Assembly (NCBI GenBank): GCA_020891255.1
Contig: BQFW01000001.1
Location: 2,880,120 to 2,944,119, forward strand
Direction: 5' to 3'
DNA from: Entomortierella parvispora E1425
Lineage: Eukaryota > Fungi > Mortierellomycota
Length of the DNA stretch: 64,000 nucleotides
Shown: one piece after another, positions 10,918 through 23,249 of the stretch
Numbering within the stretch: the first letter of the stretch is position 1
Layout: every line of letters starts with the position of its first letter
Notes under the pieces: model-generated
Told to the model about the DNA's origin: nothing
Databases searched by the model: none
The model's input: only the letters and a program-made list of their open reading frames with translations
Translations under genes and position numbers: made by a program

Positions 10918-13243
10918 ATGCCTCCGCCCTCTGACCTCCGCGTCCTAATTGTTGGTGCCGGCCTTGCAGGCCTCATCATGGGCATCATGCTTGGAAAGGC
11001 TGGGATCGATTATCACATTCTAGAGCAAGCCTCTCGTCTTCGCCCCCTTGGGACCTCCATCACTCTTCATCCTGTCGTCATCGATCTGGTCGATCAGCTT
11101 GGTCTTCTGGAAGAAATGTTTGCGCTCTCTAGACCCCTGCGAGGGATCACTGTCCTTACTTCCAAAGGTCGAAGGATGGGTCGAATCGATACCCGGAGCA
11201 GCAAGCAAAAGTAAGCTGCTGTTGCACAATCGATGTATCTAAATGGAAGTGACATCAACGTTACACCGTCCCTCGATCTGATCGGCATCCCCTCTTCTCC
11301 CCTTTCTCTTGCAGATTAGGACGTCAAGCCCTGGTGATGAGCAGGTGAGACCTGCTTCGTTTTGATTTGACTCCAGGATCAAAGCGTAGCTGGCTCCACG
11401 TTCCGATTTGTCTTCGAGTGGTTGTGTATTTGTTATGCCAGCTCCTTCTAACCCACCTTCCGGATGTTTGGTCCCTTGCCTCTTTATCCTCAGGCCTGAT
11501 CTGCACGAGTTGCTACTCTCCAAGATCCCAGCCCACAGGCTCACGACCGGGATGCGAGTCATCGGAATGGCTGAAACCCAGTCCGGCGTTATGGTCACCT
11601 GTGCGGATGAGTCTACGTTCTTTGGCAGCGTTGTAGTAGGAGCCGATGGTGCTTACAGTGCAACGCGCCACATTATGTACTCATCCCTCAAGAAACAAGG
11701 CCGGCTCCCAGAATCTGACCTCAATCCTCTTTTTGCCGACAAGCAGTGTGTCGTGGGTAAAGAGCTCTGCGGGTTGTCCTTTTTCCTCTCTCTTTATTTT
11801 TGCCGTCGATGGCAGGTCTGAACTTTCTGTTTTGTTGTTTTTATTAGGGATGACCTGTCCATTAGACCCCCAAAAGTACCCCGTGCTTTTGAATAACAGC
11901 TGTGAGGTCAAAGTACTTCTCGGGAAAGATCAACATACTTCGGTGAGTACATGTAACCTTCGTTGGGTATCAAGCAATTTCTTCCCAACAGTTACGCCCT
12001 GCTTCTATTGTTGGTCGGAGTGCACTTCGTGGCACCATTCCCGACGCAGGAAGCATAGCAAAACAAGCGTGGCTGGCGCATGGCAATCTCAGCTTGTTGT
12101 TGAGCACCTCAATCCCCGCCTCAAATGGTTCCTAACTTCTTGAGCATGCACAATATCATCACAGCCGTCTGACTTTAATTTATTTGCCTTGGCTCTTAGA
12201 TGTGGATTCTCCCCTTGAGAGGCAATCGGATAGCTTGGTGTGTAGGCGGGCCTGATCCTCGGCTGCAGCTCAATTACAGTCCAAGCAGTCCAGTTTCGTC
12301 AGGACGCTCTTCCCCAGCAAGCAGTGGTCGTCCATCTATTTCATCTTCAGGCTCCTCAGGAAGCCACGGAGGGCGCCATTCTACTTCAGATTGGTATCCC
12401 GAGACGGCTATAGAAATTTGTGAAGACGTCCGGAACTTCAAGTGTCCATACGGCGGATCTGTAATGGACATTATTGAGGCAACCCCAAAAGGCCTTGTAT
12501 CAAAGGTTCTATTGGAAGAGAAGATGTATCACACCTGGCACCATGGACGCGTTGTCTTGGTTGGGGATGGTAACTGAGCGTCGGCTGCACTAGAAACTGA
12601 CAACCTACTTTTAACTTGAAACTGTCTGGTGTCTCTGAGGAACGAACACTAATCCAACGTTCCGTTCTCTTTCTTGTCTTTCCTTCGTCCTACATGCAGC
12701 ATGTCACAAAGTGAGTTTAAATAGGAGAGTGAAGAGAAAAAAAAAGAAGGGCAGCAGAGACTAATTTTGGACCTCATTGTGTATCATTGTCCAGATCGTA
12801 CCTTTCTTTGGACAAGGCGCTTCGCAGGCAATATTGGATGCGGCTTGTTTAGTCAACATGCTTCACGGTTTGCCTTCGATATCCGCAGAGGATATTACTG
12901 CCATCTTTGAAAAATACTTCGCACAACGGTCTGGACCAGCCAAAGTCGCGTCTGACAGTTCTCGTGAATTTGCGGATCTCATATATGATCAGGTTGGTCA
13001 TCCTAACCGATATTGCCAATCAAAGGCAAAGATGCATTTGGAGGCCTGTTCTAACCTCCTCTTTCCTTTTGTTTTTGCTCCCGATCAATTCTATAGGGGT
13101 TTAAGGCGGATATGGCTAGAAGTATCGTGCTGCGGTTTACACCTACATGGCTCCTTCGGATGATCATTGGAACGAGTACAGGATCACGGCCTGTCCTGGA
13201 TTTTTTACCTCGGCCGTCCAGTTCTCTAAAATCGTGGCAATAA
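10918..13243 (+). CDS. FAD-dependent monooxygenase, paralog 2; exons 10918-11210, 11315-11344, 11494-11756, 11848-11942, 12200-12569, 12700-12710, 12795-12992, 13097-13243
   Basis: VLIVGAGLAGL, VVGADGAYSATR and LVGD|ACHK|IVPFFGQGA. GT-AG introns preserve the frame. Confidence 0.9.
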
Positions 13244-13382
13244 ATTTGCCCTTCGACTTTTCAAACCCCCAAGACCGCAAGATTGTGAGGGAGTAAACCC
13301 AAGAGTTACAAAAAAAAAAAAAAAAAAATCGAGCAAGAAAGGCGAGATCATCGCGACGCCCGACTGTGGATCGAAGCAAAAG

Positions 13383-13465
13383 TGAAGAGAGTGGGATTTG
13401 AACCCACGCCTACGAATAGACCGCGGCCTTAACGCGGCGCCTTAGACCAACTCGGCCATCTCTCC
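13383..13465 (-). tRNA. tRNA-Leu (AAG)
   Basis: The reverse complement ggagagatggccgagttggtctaaggcgccgcgttaaggccgcgg...gtgggttcaaatcccactctcttca folds as a cloverleaf with a long variable arm. Anticodon loop tt-aag-gc, followed by TTTT. Confidence 0.95.
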
Positions 13466-13611
13466 AACTTATTTGAGTAGTTTTATTTTCAGTTTTATTT
13501 ATTCCAAAAGAACAAATCCACACCATCACGTGATCTGGAAGTGAAGCACGTGACTATCTGTAATTACGATCAAAACTGTCTCAGGATATCCTCTGATATC
13601 AAGTTCAAAAA

Positions 13612-13683
13612 GGTCTGCTGGCCCAATGGAAAGGCGTCTGACTACGAATCAGGAGATTGCAGGTTCGACCCCTGCGTAGATCA
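13612..13683 (+). tRNA. tRNA-Arg (ACG)
   Basis: ggtctgctggcccaatggaaaggcgtctgactacgaatcaggagattgcaggttcgacccctgcgtagatca, with anticodon loop ct-acg-aa and T-loop ttcgacc. Confidence 0.95.
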
Positions 13684-14392
13684 TTTACTTTTGCGCCCAA
13701 AGTTTTTTTTTTGGCACTCACCCGGGATGCTGCAGGAGTCGTGCAACGATGGAGGGATTGTGTAACTGACAGATCAATTGCAGATCAGTGACATCCAGGC
13801 AGAGACATCCAGTCTAAGGGAATCGATCGGACGATGTGCTCAAAAAAGGGGGTGCATGAGCCGTTTTGTGCATCCTGTCGTCATTGATATTCGTGCGGGA
13901 GAGAAATAAAAAGGCCGAAAAGAAGGGGCTCGAAGAAACGAGAATGGAAGGGAGAGGGGAGGGGCACCATGGTAGCGTTGGCTCCACAAAACGGCCCATT
14001 GTCCCTTTGGCCCTCGGCTGATTCATCGGATGAATTGTAGAATTCCCCAACATGAGACAGCTGGATGGGCCAGCAGGGTTTTTTGGTTGTTCGGATGTTC
14101 CACTGCAAAGTCCACACCCGTCCACACGTCCAACAAACATCTGCGTCATTTTTATTCGAGGTTCTCACCAGAATAAAATAGATCGCGCGCTGACTGGTCT
14201 GTCTTCCTTTCTCTTTTCTCTCCTTCCAATCATTTGTCGCTTGTTTTCTCCACTTTCTTCTCTCCACTCCACTCTTCCCTTGTCTGCGCTCTTTCCTTTC
14301 TTTACTCTCCTCCAACTGCCCGTCTTCAACAACCACCCCCTCTCCTCTCCTTCCTCTTTCTCCCTGCCCTTCCCCCCTACCCCCTTCTTTCG

Positions 14393-16087
14393 ATGGGTTC
14401 TAGGCTGTCCACCATGTCCTCGTCATCGTTGAATCCTTCCTCAAGGAAGACCAGCGCTGACTCTCTCGATATCAAACCCTCCCTCTTCCAGCGCTCAAAG
14501 GCCACTCTCGCCCTTCGGTCTAAAAAGTCCTCTCACTCTTCCACCTCCCACTCTTCCACCTCCAACACACACGTCGTTCCTTCCTCTTCCCAGAATGCCA
14601 GCGCTTCCGCCAGTGCCTCTTCTAGTCGACAGACCTCGATCGATTCACTGGAGGGTCGTTCGGACCATTCTGTCGGCATCCGGTCGTTAGCTCCTCCCCT
14701 CCAAAAGCCCCTTTATATTCCTCCCAGCAACGAAGGCCAACAACAGCAGAAACAGCATCCTCACCAACTGGAATCACCAGGCTCGCAGAACTCGAGCCTG
14801 ACGGGCGTGATGCCTTCCGCGTCTTTACCAGAATGGGCCCATCACAGCCGAAAGTGCGAGGACGGTCGGACTCGGCACACGGTCGAGAGTGCCCCATACA
14901 TGCTTCCGAACGACCTTACAGAGTCCGACCGACTGGACGCCCAGCACTATCTTGTCCGGTTTATCTTCAAGGGCAACTACAATGTCAAACTCGATCCTGA
15001 AGCCCCGCTCAAGATCCTGGACGTGGCCACGGGCACAGGTGTCTGGGCCTTGGAGATGGCACACGAGTTCCCCAAGGCCGAGGTCTATGGTGTTGATATC
15101 TCTTCCATCTTCCCGACCGAGATCAAGCCAAACAACTGCCATTTCCAGCTGTGCAACATCCTCGATGGCTTGCCCTTCCCGGACAACACGTTCGATTTCA
15201 TCTACCAGCGCTTGCTCGTCTACGCCCTCACGCCAGAGCAACGCAAGCAGGTTTACAGTGAGGTAAATAACAACTCTGCTCGTGTCTGCGTGTCTTTGTC
15301 ATCATGTAATCCCCGGCTGGGCATGACAGACGAATGTCGCACAACAGGGTTGTCGTACCACTTTTTTTTTTGCTACAAACATTGAAGTGAGCACCTCCTG
15401 CCCCATGGGGTTCTAGGCTAGATGCCTTGTTCACGCCAACTGCTCTCTCGACCTGTCGTCCTTCATGCAATTTCAACTCTAGAGTGATATCCTAACTAAC
15501 CCTTCTATTCATTTGTTTTGATTCAATAGCTTTTGCGTGTCCTCAAGCCTGAAGGATATCTGCAGCTGGTCGAGTCTGATGGTATCGTCTACAACCCTGG
15601 TCCGGAGATGGAGAAGATCAACCAGCTCTCGCTGGAGACATCGCTCCGCCACGGTGTGGATCCTCGGGAGGTCCAAGTCATGAAGTCGGGTTTGAAACAG
15701 GCTGGTTATTCAGGCGTGAACTCTTTCAACATTGCACTTCCTGTTGGAGATTGGGGTGGCAAGACCGGTGCTTTGAGTCGACAAAACATGCATGGTCTCG
15801 CAACTATCTGGCTCAAAGGCGAGGTTGGACGGATGGATCAGGCGGCTGTCGATGCCATGTTGGCCAAGGTTGACCAGGAGATTGAGCAATTCCAATCCTA
15901 CTACAAGGTCTGGCTCGTTGTAGGAGCCAAGCCAAGCATTGCTGCAATGATGGCAAAGGAGGCCAAGAAGGCAGCGGCAGTATTGGCCGCCAAGAGTGGG
16001 GCCTCCGTCGCCGGTTCTGCCCCAGCACCCTCGGCAGCACCGAACCTTCTTCCGACCCAAGGACGACGATCTCCGAGTGAGGCCTAG
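14393..16087 (+). CDS. Class I SAM-dependent methyltransferase (LaeA/Methyltransf_25-like) with Ser-rich N-terminus; exons 14393-15262 and 15530-16087
   Basis: YMLPND..ESDRLDAQHY, ILDVATGTGVWALEMA (motif I), YGVDIS and LPFPDNTFDFIYQR. The spliced junction gives E|LLRVLKPEGYLQLVE. Confidence 0.9.
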
Positions 16088-17183
16088 TGGATAGTGCTTC
16101 ACCCTTCACTTCATTCTAGAATCCTTCCCCCCTATACCATAGTGCGATTTCCGAGTTCCTCTCCCTTCTCCAACCCCACTTGATTTTGTATACTAGTCAC
16201 TCCATTGTATTATTGTTAAGATTACACTTATCACCCACACGCCATGTCGTTGCAGCTTTTTGACTGGAATCCAGGTCGTGTCAGTAGCGTATGTTTTTAT
16301 CTTGTAAGGTACCTTTCTCGCGATACATGTCACTCTTCATCTGAAAAAAAAAGCCAACCCATTGTCCTGTGCACACTACCAAACTCAAAAAACACAAACA
16401 GACCCCACCCACAAACACAACGGAGCAACAGCAACGACTGTAGTCTGCCGAAGCGGCACTGAAAGCAATTCAATGAATTATTTTTTAGGGGTCCGCTCCC
16501 ATCTCTCGTCGGGCAATGGGTAGATAGCAGAGCCTGTGCAAAGAACTTTGTTATCGCTGCGATGGAAGAAGCTATTGCCATGAATAGTCCAGACACCACA
16601 GCGGTAGCAGCAAGAAAAAGTGACGGAGATCAGTGACGGAGATCATATGGCCCCAGTGCCCCAGTTTTCAAGATCTTTGCGGGGAGAAAGCGAGACAGAG
16701 GTGGAGGTATAAGGCAGGTACCTGTCCCATGTAAAGCTAGGCTGCAGCAGATTCGACAAAGTGTCAGGGGAATAGAGGGCAGGGATTCATGCAGCTATCA
16801 CGACTGGACCATCCGGTTTTCTCCCTTTTTTCTCGGATGTGCCGCCCAAAAAGTTCAAAAGCAAGATGAAAGCAAGCAAGAAAAGTACAGGTAACTGAAT
16901 CTGCATGTCATTTAATATAGGGCTGCGGAAGGGTTGCTCTGAGCACCGGGCCTCGAACTCTGTCAGTACAATAGGAGGGTTCGTGCCCGACGCCAAAATG
17001 ATTTTCAAATCCAGTGGGCCAAGCAGACGTGGGACCGACCATCAGCCATATGTCCGCTGTCCAGAATATTTCACTCTGTCCTGGTCCAGGCTCTGCATCG
17101 ACCGTCGACCATTTATTTGTAGATCGCAAAAATAAAAAATAAAATAAAAAGTCAAAATATTCCAGAAATCGTCAATTCCAACT

Positions 17184-20100
17184 TCAAGGGCCTTCCTCCC
17201 TCAACGCCTGCAAGACGCTTTCGGCCGAAAGTCCGTCGACGCTCAAGGGAGAATCTGATCCCGAACCCGGTTGCCCAAGGCCACTCTGTCGGTTCTTGCG
17301 TCGCCTCTCCAATTTGCGGCCACCACTTGAGGCTTCAAACTCGGCTCCCGATACCGGTTTCCAGTCGGCGGCTTCTTCTTGCGTGGCAGCCTCGGTTGTC
17401 GTTGCTTCAGACCCTTCCTGGCTCCTAGGTTCCACGCGTGTCTGCTCGCTGTTTACGCTGGAAGTCTCTTCCGCCTGTTGCTCCTTTTCTTCTTCCTCAT
17501 CAATAGCGTCCTCGGCCGATGCAGTGGTCGCCGTCATTCTCTGCCTCAAAGGCGATCGAGAGCTCCTCTCGCCTCCAGCGGCATGCTTCAGACCAGTCGT
17601 GTTGAGCAGTCCTGGAGTCGAAGCCTTATCCGAGCCATCTTCCTTTTCTTGACCGGCCGCTTCCACTGCAGTGCCTTCCAAAACAGGTTTCTTCTTGAAC
17701 GTGGGCACCTCGCTGAACATTTCAGGTGCACTCACTCCACGCGTCAAGTTGAATCGTGCAGATGATGGGCCAAGGCGACGCTGCAGTTTGGCGCCTCCAG
17801 CAAGAGCTCCTGATCCAGTACCAACGCCAGCGCCTCCTGAGGCATCCACTACGTTGCTGTCAGCAGACCCATTATCGCGAACAGGCTCTCCTTCCACTGC
17901 AATGGATGGAAGACCTCCTCCATTCGCCTGTGGGTTTACTGCAGACTGGCCATTCGCCAAAGGAGACGAAGTGCCCTTCAAGTCACGACTCAGGCGAACT
18001 GGTCCTCCCTTGCGTCGGCCAAGATGGGCGGCGGGAGCACGGGTGGTGACAGAGCGAGACAGACTGCCTTCCTCACGACTCATCCGGATCGGCTCGAAGA
18101 TTTGATGGGTCATCTTCAGCATGTCGCGCATCATACGTTGGGGATGTTTATCATGTAAGGTCACGGCCGTCTCTTCCAATGGACGTAGGAACACTGATCC
18201 CCAGCGATGTGCCATGTAGGCCGTGAAGTTGTCTTCGGCTCCAGTTTCCTTCATTAAACTAAGAATGATGAAAACAGAGGGTTACTATATGAAAGAAGGA
18301 GCAGGCAAACGTGTGTGCCGCGAAAGGTAAATCTGCAAAACTTACTTGCTGATGTGCTTCACAACTTCATATAGGGTATAAAAGCGCGCAGAGGACAGCA
18401 GAGCCAGCAAGTTGCGGATCGATGAGATCCTAGCATCGTTCTTGCTATCGTTTGCGTCGTCCGAGACTTGTCACATATCAATAAAAGTTGAGTATTAGTC
18501 TTCATTGAGAAAGGTCTGATTCAAAATGAACAAAAGTGCACCTTCACGCGCTTTTCCTACCCTTACCGCTGGAGTAGATGATCTTGACAGTCTCATATTC
18601 CTCTCCATTTAGCAGCGATCCTGGCAATTCCAGAAAGTACAGACGCAGTACACCCACCACTGTGGCGACATCGAAAAGACGCAATAGCTTTTGAGTGATC
18701 TTGCCGCCTAAAAAAAAAAATCTCCCAGAGGGCGTCAGAACCTGAGAACATGAAGTTAATGAACATACAGCTGGAAACACAAACATACCATGGTTGATTT
18801 TGTTTCTAAGAATGTGGATGTCCGCAAGAGGCACCTCGGCAGTCCAACAGGCCAATTTTTCTATATGAAAAAAGAACGAGCAGTTTAGTTTGCAAAATGA
18901 AGGATGTAGCTTGGATCAACCTCACACAGACTAAAACACATACGTTCGTTTGTCAAGTTTGCGTTGCTCTTTTTGATCCTGCTCAAACACTTCGTGACAA
19001 TCTGAGGCACCTTTTTACGAGTAAAATTGCAGTGCTGATCGATGTTCACGCCAAAAATTTGATCTAGTCAAGAGATATTTCAGTCAGAATTGACAATCCT
19101 TGCTCCAGACTACAATCCCGACAGAGTGCACTCAAGCTTACCAAGTCCCGAGCCATGGTAAAAGTTGTTGTACAGAGTGGGCATAGGCACGAAAGCGCCG
19201 GTACGATATTGCTCAATCACGTACTGAACATCATTGGTGGGTCTCAAAGCTTCCTGGAAGATCAACAAATGATCCGCTACTGACTGTGTAATGCTGATGA
19301 TGTTCGAAAAGATGGCAGCAAAGTTCAGGAAAGCTATAAGAATAAAGGAGGGCAATGAGTTTCTTGTTGTCACAACATTGCAGCTATTCACATCGGACGT
19401 CAAGGCTGTACCGTTTTTGAAGGTGTTGATGCGCTCGTACTCGAATCGCTGCAGGAGATCCATGTGTGCAAACTAAGATTGAAAAAAAAACCAGAGACTT
19501 GTTAGATAATGTTTGTTCTTGACATTTTGTCTTCAAACAATGGCACTTTACCAGTCCAACTTCAAGCTGCAAGCGAGTCATGTCTGCCTTCTTGACGGCC
19601 GCCAGGTAAACAGCATCCGCCTTTTCGGCTTCCTGCTTGGTTTTGGTGACCAAAGACACGTCCTCTTCCTTGTCTTCCTCCAAAAGCTCAAACATTTGAT
19701 CCCTCCATTGGTAAAAGTTGGCAGGGCTGGCCAAGAACTTGTTTCCACGCTGGCCGATCAATCGAAGAAAGCCCTCATCAGAAAGCGACTGACCAATGTG
19801 TTCTGCTTCCTCGATCGTCCGCGCCTTCGTGTTTTGTTGGATCCAGTGCGCAACTGCAGAGCCAGAGCAGCATCCCGAATAAACACCCATAATGGGCACC
19901 TTTACATCCTGCGAAGGAACTTCAGCACGCATCCTGTTCAAAAACTTGTTGAGTTCTTGAATTGTGAACCTCTGCGAGGCAAATTCGTGGCGTCGCTCCA
20001 GTCCATCTGATCCAGGTCCGGCACCTGTTCCAGCCCTATGAGCCGCTGCAGCGGCCTCTGCCTGCTGCTGTGCAAGATCCCCATGGGCAATTTTGTTGGC

Positions 20101-21026
20101 CTCCAGTTCCGCTTGGTCGGCAGCGTTGCACTTTGACACATATGCGGCGTGCGAACGATCGAGGTCCAGTAGATGCCTGTCAAAGAGCTTGAGGCGGGCT
20201 TCAATCTCTTCGCGACTTTGTTGTGTCGTTTGTCGAGCCTGAGTGCTGAACTTCAAAAGTGGTTGGAGGACGAGTTCCTTGAGATTGGAGGCGAGGGCAA
20301 GATGTCCGTTTCCAAGCTCAACACTTTCGGCTTTGATGGTCTCGAAGGTCTTGCGCAAGGATGCACCGTCATCTCTAAGGAAGCCATCGAGCTTTGATAC
20401 AAGGATTGCAAGCGCAGAGGCAAGAGGCAAGTTGAGGGAGTTGAGGGATGGGTTCGTTAGTCACAGGTTTGCCGGCAAAAAGAGTCTGGTGGACACGATG
20501 GTGGAAAAAAACATCAAAAAACATCAAAAAACAGGGGCTCTGATATGTAGGCTGAACTTGAGAAGAATGACCCAGCCCAATCCAGCAAAGGCAGTAGGTC
20601 AGGCTGAGAGGGGGACAGTAATGGTGGTGCACGCGGAAGAACATTGGGCTGGCTTTAAGGGTGATGTAGAGTGGTTTCGATCGCCCACAGATATCAGAGT
20701 CTTGCAGCTCCGTTCCTCCCAGCATATCTTCCTTTCCACATCGTCATCACGACTGAGAGAGTGGAGAGACCAAGGCAGGAAAGAGAGTGGCGGTGTCGTT
20801 TTACCTTTAAGCGCCGGTTACCCATCTCGATCAGGGCATTACCATAGCGCTGCTCGACCTCGATCCGCTCGCGGAGGTACGTCAGAATCTCCTGGTCCTC
20901 AACAGCGCCCTGGTCGACCTTGGCATGGAGCACGTTGGCGCCATGGACATAGTCTCCACGCGAGTTGGACCAAAACGACTCTGAAAACTTTGTCTCTGAG
21001 AAACGGCTTTGGGCAAGCGCGGTCAT
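17184..21026 (-). CDS. F-BAR + DEP + RhoGAP protein (Rgd2/Rga8-like), multi-exon
   Basis: FCH/F-BAR start (FSESFW...YLRERIEVEQRYG), DEP-like segment (CSGSAVAHWIQQN...AEHIGQSLSDEGFLRLIG) and RhoGAP start (FGVNIDQH...VPQIVTKCL). Confidence 0.85.
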
Positions 21027-21509
21027 TGCAGAGAAGGTAGGCTGTGTGGGTGGCTGGAAGAGATGATGTAAAGAGTGAAAAAGGCTGGTTGCTGGCGAGT
21101 GTCTGCTTGCTCTCTGTGTCCCTTGTGAGATGGTCGCGAATGCCCGAGAGTCGAAGGGCGAGCGAGGGCGGGGATGGAGTGAAGTGAAGTGGAGAAACAA
21201 TAAATGGATGAGACGGGTGAGGAGAAGGGGAGGAGAAAAGAGAGAAAGTGGACACACGCGGGCTAAAAAAAAAAAAAAATCTTCACAACACCATGCGTTG
21301 CGTGCCTTCAGCCCGCGAATGGCTGTGCTCCTTCTTTCCCTCCCGCTTCCAGCTCTGTCGGCTCCTCCCTTCGTTCCATGGCAGCACATGCGTTCGTTCC
21401 AGTCTAACGTCCAGTCCCGCGCCATCATCTCTTGTTCCATTGCCACCCTGCAACAATCACCGTGGCTCTTGTCTTCTTTATTTCTGGCAAGGACTATCAA
21501 CCACACATT

Positions 21510-22907
21510 TTACTTTGTTGGCTGGTGAACAGTTGTGAACACGATGCCCTGCTCCTGCAAGCGCTTAATCAGGTCGGTGCGGGCAAAAGCCACGGCCGGA
21601 GTAAGCACGCCGTTGGGGACAAGATCCTTCTGATGAAGCAGTGTGTAGCACGCTTGCACCACCAATTTTGGTGTCGCGACATAGCCTGGCTCGGGTCCGC
21701 TCACGCTGGTTACAATCGACACATCTGGTTCGATCATCAACAGCTCCTCGGACTTGTGCTTAGCCTGAAGTTCAGCCGAATAGCCCTTGGCAAAGAATGT
21801 TTCCGAGAAGGATGTCTCTGCCAGCTGCTGATCCGAGGGTCCTTGGTGACTGAAGAGGCCGAGCGTGAAGAAACGGGGGTGCTTCAGTAAGAGCTTACGA
21901 CCAAACTCGCACTTTGCCAATAGTCCAAACACGGTCGAGGCAGCAATTGTCAAGGCCAATGTTGAGAAGGAAGGGATGCAGATATAGGCCGCAAATTGAA
22001 CAGGGGGCGATTGATATTGTTCCAGCTCTTTGTCCTGAAGGGTCATTTGTTGCGACAATCGAACGACCGAGGGGTCTGCAAAGAAAAATGGAATCGTGTA
22101 CGCAGCGACTTTGTGGACCCAATGAGGTTTTGGGTTGACCGCAAGACGGGGGCCTACCCTGGGGACCTGGGGCCTATTTGCTGTCCGGCGCAATTGGCGA
22201 AGCAGAGCCGAGCTTCCGAAGCCGTGTACCGCCTATGGTAGTATCATGGTACAAATGACGAGTTTTTTTTATATCAATATCAGCGTGGGGTAAGAACAGC
22301 ATGCAGGATTGCGTAAACATTTTCTTACAGATTCAAAAGTGGCGTAGTGGGCAGCAAAGCCGGCGGTACCGGCCACATGCAACTTGAAGAACATCTCGAT
22401 AGACGAAGGAAGTGCATTATAAGTTGTTTGGAGTTGCTGCTTGGTATAGAGGACACCAAGATCGCAGGGGATGCTGTCGAAGCCGCAAACGTTGACGATG
22501 GCCACCTGGGATTCCTTTGCTTTGGCGTGGTACTTGATCGCCATACTTTCAAAGAACTCTGGTTCTCCGGTGATATCAACGTAGTGGCAGGATTCGCTCA
22601 CACAGGCAGCCACAGCAGCCTCACCCAAGAACCGAAACGGTCCCGCAGCTGCAATCAAAGTCCGGGAAGCAGCGCACATGACTCTCATACTCTCTTCATC
22701 ATGCACGTCTGCGACCACAATTGAGGGCTGGATCTTGGCCGTCAGGGTCGTGGGAAGCGAGGCCACAAGAGCCTCAAGCCTGGCCTTGGATCTCCCTGCA
22801 ACGGCAAGTCGAAGAGAGGAGGGTGCCGTCCTGAGAACCTCAGTGAGGATGAATTTGCCCGTGAACCCTGTTGCTCCGAAGATAGTAATGTCGATGGTCT
22901 TTTCCAT
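21510..22907 (-). CDS. Saccharopine dehydrogenase-like oxidoreductase (SCCPDH-like), multi-exon
   Basis: ITIFGATGFTG, LAVAGRS, AAAGPFRFLGE, YVDITGEPEF, CGFDSIPCDLG and SGPEPGYVATP. Confidence 0.9.
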
Positions 22908-23249
22908 GATGTCGAGTGCTGGAACCGAGATGATGGAGAGGATTCAAAGATTGAAATTGAATTAAAAAACTGAATTGCCACGCCGCACTGATTTCATTTT
23001 TTATGCTTTTTGAACACAGAGGACCGAGATTCGCTCACCAGGCAACAATGCTCCCGCCAGGCAACATTGATATCCAATCCTCGACAGCATGCATTCAATG
23101 CCGCTCTTGATCATCCCCAGCCTTTTTTCAATTCACAGTTTGAATGCTGAACTTTTTTTTAATGAAAGTTTTCAATGTGTGCACAAGGGTGCTCAAGAGA
23201 GTTTCTTGAAGGGAGAAGATCGTGCAGATACAGACGATTTCAGCTCAGA

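Noticed and set aside
16481-16490. Single internal TTTTTTAGGG
   Set aside because: One copy in T-rich intergenic DNA is expected by chance.
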